Shown here piece after piece: positions 17,834 to 25,840 of a DNA stretch of 32,000 nucleotides. The stretch is from Microcystis aeruginosa NIES-2549 (GTDB lineage Bacteria > Cyanobacteriota > Cyanobacteriia > Cyanobacteriales > Microcystaceae). The notes under the pieces were generated by a model, which was given only the letters and a program-made list of their open reading frames with translations, was not told the DNA's origin and ran no database searches. A program made the position numbers and the translations under genes. Positions within the stretch are counted from its first letter, which is position 1. Each line of letters begins with the position of its first letter. Where the stretch lies: positions 240,001 through 272,000 of the forward strand of contig NZ_CP011304.1 in NCBI RefSeq assembly GCF_000981785.2, written 5' to 3'.

Positions 17834-19678
17834 ATGATTAATGGTTCATCCAATACCCGTTATCTCCTCATTGTGGAAGATCCTCAGGGGAGAAGAACAA
17901 TTACCCTAGAGGAAATGAAATATTCTCTCGGACGTAAGTCCGATAATCAAATTGTTCTTCGCTCCAAACACGCGTCTCGCTATCATGCGACTTTAATTAA
18001 AAAGAGTATTGATCGCCAAAAATTTTCCTATTGGATTCTTGATGGTGATTTAGAGGGAAATAAAAGTCATAATGGCATTTATGTCAATGGGTCTAAATGC
18101 TTAATTCATGAATTAAAAGATGGTGATTTAATTAACTTTGGCTGTGATATAAATGCCAGTTTTCATTTAATAGCCAGTCAAGCAAAAATAGAGCAAGCAC
18201 CAGTTAAAAGTCTAGGACAGTTACAAGGGAACCTGACGGAAAATCAAACCCATTCTAGCCAGAATGACCTCCATGCAAAAAGTACCTTAATTATCCATCA
18301 ATCCCCATCCGAAATCATTAGTTTTGATAGCCAGATTCAAGAGGAATATTCTTCTATTGTTTTCACGGATTTACCTAACCGTTCTCTCTTTAATGAATAT
18401 CTCTCAAGTGCTATTAATAATGCCCAGAAAAATAATAAACTGATCGGGCTGTTATTATTGGACCTAGAGCGGCTAAGAAATGTCAACAATCAACTAGGTT
18501 ATCGACTGAGAGATAAACTATTAAAAATCTTAATTGAACGTTTAATAAAAAGTTTGCGATCAGAAGATATAGTCGCCCATTGGAGAGGGTATGAATTTAT
18601 TATCTTGCTGCCACAAATTAATGATGCTAATGATCTGGAAAAAGTTAGTCAAAGAATTATTAAAACCCTAGAAAGTAATTACGAAATCGAAAATCACTCC
18701 CTAGTCGTGCAATTAAGTTTAGGTTCAGTTATCTATCCCCCCGACGGCACAGACAGGAAAGTAATATTACAGAAACTGGAGGAAAATTTAGTAGCAGTCA
18801 AGAATAATACAAATAATAACCCCCAGATAGAGTCAGTTAATGTTCCCTCCAAAAATACTCGTAGTTCTAAAGTTGAATATTTTCTCTATCAGGCAATGAG
18901 AAATAATGAATTAGCTCTTTACTATCAACCGCAAGTTAATATCCCTCAGAGGCAAGTGGAAGGATTGGAGGTATTATTGCGCTGGTTACACCCTCAATTC
19001 GGATTAATCGCTCCCAATCGTTTTTTACCCTTAGTCGAAGAAAGCGAGTTAATCCTTGAGCTTAATCGTTGGGTGCTAAAAAATGCCTGTCAACAGGCAC
19101 AAATATGGCAGCAGCGGGGATTATTATACACTCCCATCTCGATCAATCTGTCCCCACACCAATTGCGCGATCCCCAGTTGTTCACCACCCTAAAAGAAGT
19201 CTTGACTGAAACCAAAATCGGGACTTTCTTTCTGGAGATGGAAATAACCGAGACAAGTTTACTGGAAAATAGCCGCGAAACCAGTCGAATTCTTGGGGAT
19301 TTGCAGAAATTGGGTATTAGTATTACCCTCGATGATTTTGGCAGCGGTTACGCTTCGATCGCCTATCTCGGTCAATTTCCCGTGAAAAAACTGAAAATAG
19401 AGCAATCTTTAACAAAAAAACTGACGATTACTCCCCAAGATACCCGTTTTATCTCGTCATTGCTGGCGATAGCGAAAAGTTTTAACTTAATAGTGATCGC
19501 CAAGGGAGTGGAAACCCAGCAACAACTAGAAATCCTGCAAGAATTAGGTTGTGAGAGAATCCAAGGCAATCGCATCAGTTGCCCCCTAGCAGTGGAGGAA
19601 ATGACTAAATTTCTCCACATCCACCGCACGCTCTCAGTAATCAGTGATCAGTTACCAGTATCAGATGTGGGTTTTTAG
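17834..19678 (+). CDS. FHA - GGDEF(degenerate) - EAL multidomain c-di-GMP signalling protein
   Basis: N-terminal FHA (YSLGRKSDNQIVL..ASRYHATL...NGIYVNG..L.DGDLINFG). The GGDEF domain has RGYEF (18584-18598) in place of GG(D/E)EF, and RSED (18557-18568) sits five residues upstream. The EAL domain has EVL (18968-18976), EMEITE, DDFGSGYAS, KIEQS, KGVE and QGN. Confidence 0.85.
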   Translation: MINGSSNTRYLLIVEDPQGRRTITLEEMKYSLGRKSDNQIVLRSKHASRYHATLIKKSIDRQKFSYWILDGDLEGNKSHNGIYVNGSKCLIHELKDGDLINFGCDINASFHLIASQAKIEQAPVKSLGQLQGNLTENQTHSSQNDLHAKSTLIIHQSPSEIISFDSQIQEEYSSIVFTDLPNRSLFNEYLSSAINNAQKNNKLIGLLLLDLERLRNVNNQLGYRLRDKLLKILIERLIKSLRSEDIVAHWRGYEFIILLPQINDANDLEKVSQRIIKTLESNYEIENHSLVVQLSLGSVIYPPDGTDRKVILQKLEENLVAVKNNTNNNPQIESVNVPSKNTRSSKVEYFLYQAMRNNELALYYQPQVNIPQRQVEGLEVLLRWLHPQFGLIAPNRFLPLVEESELILELNRWVLKNACQQAQIWQQRGLLYTPISINLSPHQLRDPQLFTTLKEVLTETKIGTFFLEMEITETSLLENSRETSRILGDLQKLGISITLDDFGSGYASIAYLGQFPVKKLKIEQSLTKKLTITPQDTRFISSLLAIAKSFNLIVIAKGVETQQQLEILQELGCERIQGNRISCPLAVEEMTKFLHIHRTLSVISDQLPVSDVGF

Positions 19679-19715
19679 TGAGGAGGGTTAAATAGCATTA
19701 ACAGCGCTGTCCTTT

Positions 19716-19763
19716 CACTGATCACTGTTTACTGTTTACTGATCACTGATTTTGGTCACTGAT
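19716..19763. repeat. Degenerate heptanucleotide array: CACTGAT CACTGTT TACTGTT TACTGAT CACTGAT (tttggt) CACTGAT
   Basis: Read directly. CACTGAT is the reverse complement of a rotation of CAGTGAT, the same family as the array at 26552. It starts 38 nt after the stop of the FHA-GGDEF-EAL gene. Confidence 0.85.
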
Positions 19764-19937
19764 TCCGGTATGATCTGAACAGAGAATCTAGTATTAAATA
19801 CCTACTCATTCTAGCGTGAGGCTCTTGCCGAACCTGTCAGCAGCAGAAATTTGTGGCGGCGGGGTGCTGCTGGATCCAGAGTCTGGTTTAATTACATACT
19901 ATGGGTTAACAATTAGTTGTGTATTTAGAGGGAAACT

Positions 19938-20939
19938 ATGGCCAATAAGCCAGAGCGCGTGGTTCTAATCGGTGTAGCTGGGGACTCCGGTTGTGGGAAG
20001 TCTACTTTTTTACGTCGTTTGACGGATTTATTCGGGGCCGAGTTTATGACGGTGATCTGTTTAGATGACTACCATTGTCTCGATCGCAAACAGAGAAAAG
20101 AGGTGGGTGTCACCGCACTCAATCCGAAAGCGAATAACTTTGACCTGATGTATGAGCAGATTAAAGCTCTCAAGGAAGGTCAAGCCATTAATAAACCTAT
20201 TTATAATCATGAAACGGGGATGATCGATCCCCCCGAAATCATCGAACCGAATAAGGTAATCGTGATCGAGGGACTACACCCCTTATATGATGAACGAGTG
20301 CGGGACCTATTAGATTTCAGCGTTTATCTCGATATTAGCGATGAAGTCAAAGTTAACTGGAAAATTCAACGGGATATGGCCGAGCGCGGTCACACCTATG
20401 ATGATGTGATGGCGGCTATTAATTCTAGAAAACCGGATTTCAGTGCCTATATCGATCCCCAAAGACAGTACGCTGACGTGGTGATTCAAGTGCTGCCCAC
20501 CCAATTACTTGAAGATCATGAAAGTAAATTACTACGGGTACGTTTAATTCAGAAAGAAGGGGTGGAAAACTTTGAACCCGCTTATCTGTTTGATGAAGGT
20601 TCCACCATTGATTGGCGGCCCTGTGGTCGTAAATTGACCTGCGCTTATCCCGGCATTAAACTCTACTATGGTCCAGATGGCTTCTTGGGGAATGAAGTGT
20701 CGATTCTGGAACTAGATGGTCAATTCGATAACCTGGAAGAAATGATCTACATCGAAAGCCATTTGAGCAAAACTGGCACTAAATACTACGGTGAAATGAC
20801 CGAATTACTGCTCAAACACAAAGATTATCCCGGTTCTACCAATGGTACGGGTTTATTCCAAGTATTGGTCGGTCTCAAAATGCGTGAAACCTACGAAAAA
20901 CTAATGGCCGCTGAAGCAAAAGTGGCAGCCCAAGTCTAG
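19938..20939 (+). CDS. prk: Phosphoribulokinase
   Basis: 333 aa. P-loop VVLIGVAGDSGCGKSTFLRR and overall colinearity with cyanobacterial and plant-type PRK. Confidence 0.95.
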   Translation: MANKPERVVLIGVAGDSGCGKSTFLRRLTDLFGAEFMTVICLDDYHCLDRKQRKEVGVTALNPKANNFDLMYEQIKALKEGQAINKPIYNHETGMIDPPEIIEPNKVIVIEGLHPLYDERVRDLLDFSVYLDISDEVKVNWKIQRDMAERGHTYDDVMAAINSRKPDFSAYIDPQRQYADVVIQVLPTQLLEDHESKLLRVRLIQKEGVENFEPAYLFDEGSTIDWRPCGRKLTCAYPGIKLYYGPDGFLGNEVSILELDGQFDNLEEMIYIESHLSKTGTKYYGEMTELLLKHKDYPGSTNGTGLFQVLVGLKMRETYEKLMAAEAKVAAQV

Positions 20940-20957
20940 TTTCTAGTTTTGAGGGAG

Positions 20958-20991
20958 CCAGCATTCTACCCGGGTAGGATGCTGGTTTTTT
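20958..20991 (+). terminator. Rho-independent terminator of prk
   Basis: CCAGCATTCTACCC|GGGTAGGATGCTGG (14-bp arms, one mismatch) followed by TTTTTT. It abuts the stop codon (20990-20992) of the convergent response-regulator gene. Confidence 0.75.
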
Positions 20992-21748
20992 AACCCACTA
21001 ATCCCGATCGCAGGGCCAGCACTGCCGCTTGAGTCCGATCATCGACACAGAGTTTATTTAAGATATTGCGGACATGGGTTTTCACCGTGCCGATGGTGAT
21101 ATAGAGTCGGTCGGCAATGTCGGCGTTACTGCAACCGGCGACAATCAAATCCAGAATTTCTAGCTCTCGTTCCGTTAGGGGAGCATTTTCCAGTAATTGG
21201 CGACATTCCGGGTCAACCCCCTCAATTATCACTTTTTTGGCCTCGGCGGCTGCACCCACGGGAACATTTTGGCGCACTTGTTGCAGGACAATATTGGCGA
21301 TTAAGGGATCGATCCAAGGATTGCCTTCCTGGGTGGAATGAATCGCCTCGACTAATTTATCGACGCTAATATCTTTCATACAGTAAGAATCAGCCCCAGC
21401 AGTAAAAGCCGCTAAAACCGGTTCTTGGGTTTTGTGCATGGTTAGCATGAGAATCTTCGTGGCCCGGCCGTCCTCGCCGCAATTTTGTTTGAAACGCCGC
21501 ACTAACTCGATCCCGTCGATCGTCGGCAAACCTATATCGATGATCGCAACATCGGGTTTAGCCTCCTCTAGCAGCCTCAGTCCCTGTAATCCATTGGTGG
21601 CTTCTCCCACCACTTGAATACCTTCTCGATACTGGAGGGCTGCCACCAAGCCCATGCGTGTTAGATCGTGATCTTCTATAACGATAACCCGCACTTTATC
21701 CATGTTCTTTTCCCAGTTGATTTTATTTCCACTTACAGCGTTGCTCAT
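20990..21748 (-). CDS. NarL/LuxR-family two-component response regulator (REC plus LuxR-type HTH)
   Basis: REC domain (VRVIVIEDHDLTR...PDVAIIDIGLP..DG...KILMLT) and a C-terminal LTERELEILDLIVAGCSNADIADRLYITIGTVKTHVRNILNKL. MDKVRV at 21703 is an alternative, probably better, start because GGGAAAAG lies upstream. Confidence 0.85.
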   Translation of the reverse strand: MSNAVSGNKINWEKNMDKVRVIVIEDHDLTRMGLVAALQYREGIQVVGEATNGLQGLRLLEEAKPDVAIIDIGLPTIDGIELVRRFKQNCGEDGRATKILMLTMHKTQEPVLAAFTAGADSYCMKDISVDKLVEAIHSTQEGNPWIDPLIANIVLQQVRQNVPVGAAAEAKKVIIEGVDPECRQLLENAPLTERELEILDLIVAGCSNADIADRLYITIGTVKTHVRNILNKLCVDDRTQAAVLALRSGLVG

Positions 21749-22359
21749 AAAGATTTCTCATAAGGATGAAATATGAAGGAATTTGGCATCATCTCCAGAC
21801 GACCAGCTACTGTGCGGCGTTGCCCGTTCCAAGGTCTCCTCAAACAAGAGACTTCGTACCTCACCATTAAGATAACTGCTATAGTAAAAGCCCTGCTGCC
21901 AACGATACTTAAGTTTCCCCTCAAATCTACACTTTACCACTCCGATTTTGGTCTTTACCACCCCATTATAACATCCTTTAAATCTCGATTAGGTAAAGAT
22001 TTAACAAGAATACATCTTTGATCTACTTGGACTTTAATAGATATAGAATTGGGTTCTGGTTTAATCAATTTTTTAGCTTATCTTAACAAAAATCTCTTAA
22101 ATAAACAAAAAAGCTAAATTTTGACCTTAATTAGCATTAATTAGCTCAATAATAGTATCTAAATGTAGATAATTTCTCAAAATTACTATCTTCCTTGATA
22201 TTATCGCTCTAAGCTATTTTTGTCTATTTGTCAATACCGATCTGACCGATTTTAACCCCTTCCCCGTCACCTCCAATCTGATTGAGGCTGAATTTTTCCC
22301 CACTGTGCCAGTCGATATCAACAAATAAAAATGGTGTTAGTAGGGAAAAAGCTTACCCT

Positions 22360-23427
22360 CTAGGAGTCCTGTAAAAAAATTAATTCAGCAGGTGTTACCG
22401 ATCCTTTTTCCGTGATGATTGCGGTGATTAAAGCGGCGGGAGTAACATCGAAAGCGGGGTTATAAAAGTTAACATCTCTAGGGGAAAGGGTAGTTGTCCC
22501 CACCTGATAAATTTCGGCACTATCGCGCTGTTCGATCGGTATACCCGTACCATCCTTAAGGGAAAAATCCACCGTCGATAGGGGTGCGGCCACATAAAAA
22601 GGCACATTATGAGCTTTTGCCAGCACCGCGAGGGAATAGGTGCCGATTTTGTTGGCCGTGTCCCCATTGGCCGCAATGCGATCGGCCCCAACGATCACCG
22701 CATCGATCAGTTTTTGCTGCATACAGTGGGCCGCCATGCTATCGGTGATCACGGTGACGGGGATTCCCTCCCGCACACATTCCCAGGCAGTTAATTTTGC
22801 CCCTTGCAGCCGTGGCCGGGTTTCATCTGCATACACTTGTATTAATCTACCAGCCGTCCAAGCGGAACGAATTACCCCTAAAGCAGTGCCATAACCAGCC
22901 GTGGCCAGGGAACCAGTATTACAGTGGGTTAGAATTGTCAGTTTTTCCGGCTGCTCCGGCAGCGCCAATAAACCATGGTGACCGATCGCCCGACAGGTTT
23001 CCACGTCTTCTTTTTGGATATTTTGGGCAGTTTCAAGGAGATTTTTGCTAATTATTGCCACTTCTGGTCCACTTTCCCTGGCCACTTTTAGCATTCGCTC
23101 GATCGCCCAGAATAAATTCACCGCCGTCGGCCGGGTTTGGGCTAATCGATCGGCTACTCTAGTTAAATCAGCCAGAAATTCCTCTGTCTGGTCGGTTTTA
23201 ATTTCCTGCGCTCCTAAAACCATACCGTATGCAGCCGCTACCCCGATCGCCGGAGCGCCGCGGACAATCATCGTTTCGATCGCCCGGGCCATGGACTCAC
23301 TGCTGGTGATCTCAACTTCCCCATACTCGTTCGGTAAACGGGTTTGATCGATCAGCCAGACTTTGTTATCTTGCCAACGTACCGGATATATCGAGTTACT
23401 CTCGGTATTGTTTGTGGTCATAAACAT
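22360..23427 (-). CDS. mtnA: S-methyl-5-thioribose-1-phosphate isomerase (methionine salvage)
   Basis: eIF-2B alpha/beta/delta-like fold motifs ([14 protein letters not shown] ... [20 protein letters not shown] ... [21 protein letters not shown]). The start is chosen at MFMTTNN (23427, or 23421). The track's GTG at 23544 adds 39 residues not expected in the family. Confidence 0.9.
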   Translation of the reverse strand: MFMTTNNTESNSIYPVRWQDNKVWLIDQTRLPNEYGEVEITSSESMARAIETMIVRGAPAIGVAAAYGMVLGAQEIKTDQTEEFLADLTRVADRLAQTRPTAVNLFWAIERMLKVARESGPEVAIISKNLLETAQNIQKEDVETCRAIGHHGLLALPEQPEKLTILTHCNTGSLATAGYGTALGVIRSAWTAGRLIQVYADETRPRLQGAKLTAWECVREGIPVTVITDSMAAHCMQQKLIDAVIVGADRIAANGDTANKIGTYSLAVLAKAHNVPFYVAAPLSTVDFSLKDGTGIPIEQRDSAEIYQVGTTTLSPRDVNFYNPAFDVTPAALITAIITEKGSVTPAELIFLQDS

Positions 23428-23469
23428 TTTTGATTCAGAATTAGCCAAATTTATCGAAAATCTGGGTTT

Positions 23470-23494
23470 AAACCCGTCGTAGAACGACGGGTTT
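23470..23494. repeat. Perfect hairpin AAACCCGTCGT-aga-ACGACGGGTTT (11-bp stem)
   Basis: Read directly. It lies 43-67 nt upstream of the preferred mtnA start, between mtnA and the IS remnants. Confidence 0.8.
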
Positions 23495-23576
23495 TCTCGA
23501 TCCCTAATATAGCACTTGAGAACTTCCAATGGCGCACCTCCCACAGAAGAAACAAAATACAGCCTTTCTCACAAAT

Positions 23577-24160
23577 ATGAAGTATAATGTTTTCGATAGC
23601 TAAATTGTCCCCCAAATCAAATCCTATCCAGTAGAGTTCCGTCAGAAAATCCTAGACTGTTATCATAACAAACCTATTTCTCTAAGGCAATTAGCGAAAA
23701 GATTCTACCTAGCCTTAAGTTTCGTACAAAAGCTTTTGAAAAAATCTCCAGAAACGGGAGATATTCGACCGAAGACTTATCGATGCTATCATTATTCAAA
23801 ACTCACGCAAGAACAGATGATCACCCTTGATGAGTTAATTGAGGAAAATAATGATGCGACTCTAGCTGAATTATCGGAACTATTCCTGGAAAGAACTGGT
23901 ATAGTGTTAATTGTGGCAACCGTGGCAAGAATAGCCGAACGATTGAGACTGACCCGCAAAAAAACTCAACACCCGATAGAAAAAGAGACAAAAAGAGTAC
24001 AAAAACTTAGACAAGAATACAAAGGATAAAATTATAAACGTACAGGAAAAAAACCTTATCTCGCTTGACAAAGCTGGTTTAAACATATCTATAATCATAA
24101 CCCAAGCTCCCTCGCTTAAAGGAACTAGATTACACAGAACTCAACCTATCAAAATTTCTG
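23577..24160 (+). mobile_element. IS630-family transposase remnant (N-terminal HTH region plus the start of the catalytic region), inactivated
   Basis: Frame 0 from ATG 23577 reads MKYNVFDS*IVPQIKSYPVEFRQKILDCYHNKPISLRQLAKRFYLALSFVQKLLKKSPETGDIRPK...NNDATLAELSELFLERTGIVL..KRVQKLRQEY, with one in-frame TAA at 23601. It continues in the +1 frame as LISLDKAGLNISIIITQAPSLKGTRLHRTQP, compared with flDEsG.n..m.r.yaRapkG.R. The DDE region is absent. Confidence 0.7.
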
Positions 24161-24164
24161 CCAA

Positions 24165-24450
24165 TGTGGGATGCCACCAATGTGCTGTTACTTACACAGA
24201 ATTTTTGGAGCAATATAAGACAGTAATTACGAGTAAACATCATCGATTAGGAGGAAAAAAACTGGTCAAAATTATCCTATTAAAAGACTTAATAATATCT
24301 TTCGACAAAGAATTTATCGGTTGCTGAGAGAAAGTCTATCTTTCTCTAAAAAAATGGAGAATCTCGTTGGGTAGCCCTTTGATATTTTATCCATGACTAC
24401 AATGCTCAACCGGCAAAGCATTAAGCCTCCATCACTGCTACCGAATCACC
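24165..24450 (+). mobile_element. IS1-family-like transposase 3' fragment, inactivated
   Basis: It reads CHQCAVTYTEFLEQYKTVITSKHHRLGGKK, then after a frameshift in an A7 run (24255-24261) KKTGQNYPIKRLNNIFRQRIYRLLRESLSFSKKMENLVG*, then VAL*YFIHDYNA. This matches the conserved tail RQCAVsYTDFWEAY...GKeTGkTN.IERFNNTLRQRvSRLVRkTLSFSKkLENHIGAIWYFIHHYN that I recall for cyanobacterial IS1-type transposases. The segment ends ...GAATCACC at 24450, which is like an IS1 terminus. Confidence 0.6.
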
Positions 24451-24537
24451 AGCGTCGGGCTGAGTATTCGACCCAATTACCCTAAAAATTCTATTCACCC
24501 CTAAATTCTGACTTTTAACCGAGGCTGAGGTGGATTT

Positions 24538-25785
24538 TTAAGCATTATTTACATTCTGACCTCTAAGAGCCGAAAATAAACAGAGACGACCCAAACCCAA
24601 GATTGCTGGTGAGAAGGTTTCCTGGCTGGGGGCTTCTAGATTGCAGCCAGCAAATTCTTGCTGAATTTCTGTTAAGAAATAGGGCCAAATGGTCAAGAAA
24701 AAATTACCGCTAAAAATTATTTTATCGATATCCTCAAGACTTTTTTGCTGTTTTTCTAACAAATCATTAATTTTTTGTCTTAAATTATCTAGATATGGTG
24801 CAATCACCTTCTTATTTAAATCGGTGCGACTGACCGTCCAAGTATGACCAGCTAGAGAGGAGGTAAATTCGCTTTCTTCTTGGAGGATTAATTTGGTTAA
24901 TCTAGCGGCTGCCAGTAAAGATTTTTTTAAGGGATTAGTATCGGTGAGATCCGAAAGCGAAAGCGGCAAAAAAGAACGCCAGACTTGCCCCCTTCGACTT
25001 AGCTCAGGGCAAGCTGAGCCAAGTCGAAGGAGAGGATAAATTAACTGAGAGACTATTGCCCGTTCATAGGTGTTTTCCCCGTAGTTAAAATGGCTTAGAG
25101 CGATTGCCGGACGGGATAAAGAGCAAGTTTGCCGTGGGACTTCCAGCAGCGCTAAAGTGGTAGTCTCTCGTTTACCTTCGACTACTAGTAGGGTTTGGGT
25201 TTGGGGTTGGTTGCTAGTGGGAATATAGGCCAGAGCAGTAGCGATCGCTGTTTCTAGACTAGATAGGCGATCGGGGGGTATTAGTTGCGCTCTGAGAAGG
25301 GCTTTTTTTAGGTCATCCGTGGGGGTTTCTCCGTCATCGGTAATAATGATAGCTTCTAATCGCTCTAAGGCTTCCCAGAGCCAAGAATCGGTGCTAAAAT
25401 CCCGATTAGATAGCCAGCTAATTAGATATTCTTCCACCTGAGAGCAGGGTAAGAGATCGCTTGTTCCCGTTGCCAGACTCCAAGAAAGAGGATAAAAATC
25501 GATCAGTCCCTGGCTTTCCCGAAAAAAAACGATTTTCACCCCTGGTGGTTGTACCTCCATTCCCAGGGACCAACGGGCAACTTCAGGGGTTCGATCGGGC
25601 AACAATAAGGGAGAAAGAAGTTCTCTGGCCGATTCTAAATGTTGACGAGTGGCGATAATTGTCTCGCAACTAAATTCTTGCGGATTAACTAGAGACGAAA
25701 TCACCTTGGCAAGAATCAGATCGATCTCGGTCAGTAGGGAGGAAAAATTCGGTTTATCGGTCACTAGATCACTAAAAATACCCAC
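24538..25785 (-). CDS. Hypothetical protein; distant Hsp70/actin-fold ATPase-like domain with degenerate nucleotide-binding motifs (tentative)
   Basis: A 415-aa ORF with a GTG start. AIIITDDGETPTDDLKKALLRAQLIPPDRLSSLETAIATALAYIP....TLLVVEGKRETTTLALLEV parallels Hsp70 aViTVPAyFnd.qRqAtkdAg.iAGL.v.rlinEPTAAAlAYg.....vLVfDLGGGTfDvSile. IDKIIFSGNFFLTIWPYF parallels id.VllvGGstriP.v. Confidence 0.55.
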   Translation of the reverse strand: MGIFSDLVTDKPNFSSLLTEIDLILAKVISSLVNPQEFSCETIIATRQHLESARELLSPLLLPDRTPEVARWSLGMEVQPPGVKIVFFRESQGLIDFYPLSWSLATGTSDLLPCSQVEEYLISWLSNRDFSTDSWLWEALERLEAIIITDDGETPTDDLKKALLRAQLIPPDRLSSLETAIATALAYIPTSNQPQTQTLLVVEGKRETTTLALLEVPRQTCSLSRPAIALSHFNYGENTYERAIVSQLIYPLLRLGSACPELSRRGQVWRSFLPLSLSDLTDTNPLKKSLLAAARLTKLILQEESEFTSSLAGHTWTVSRTDLNKKVIAPYLDNLRQKINDLLEKQQKSLEDIDKIIFSGNFFLTIWPYFLTEIQQEFAGCNLEAPSQETFSPAILGLGRLCLFSALRGQNVNNA

Positions 25786-25840
25786 AACTGTCTATTGTAG
25801 AATCACCCACTTAAAACGAACAAAATTTAAATATTAAACC

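Noticed and set aside
20958-20991. The prk terminator as a bidirectional terminator that also serves the convergent response-regulator gene.
   Set aside because: On the minus strand the hairpin is followed by CTCCCTCAAAAC with no U-tract, so only the plus-strand function is supported.
21758-22021. Two overlapping ORFs (67 aa minus strand, 82 aa plus strand) upstream of the response regulator as small genes.
   Set aside because: They are mutually exclusive and have no RBS, no motif and atypical composition. The region is reported as an unexplained spacer instead.
22428-23347. A series of 60-100-aa ORFs on both strands inside mtnA, with similar ones inside recQ, lnt, hemL, dnaN, flotillin, prk, the response regulator, apcE and hsdM.
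   Set aside because: They are shadow ORFs fully embedded in strongly supported genes. They have low-complexity or Pro/Arg/Ser-rich translations and no motifs.
24255-24261. An A7 run at the frame change in the IS1-like fragment as a programmed -1 frameshift site like the IS1 A6C motif.
   Set aside because: It lies in the extreme C-terminal part of the transposase rather than at the insA/insB' junction. The fragment also carries a nonsense mutation and lacks its 5' two-thirds, so it is an ordinary homopolymer indel in a dead gene.
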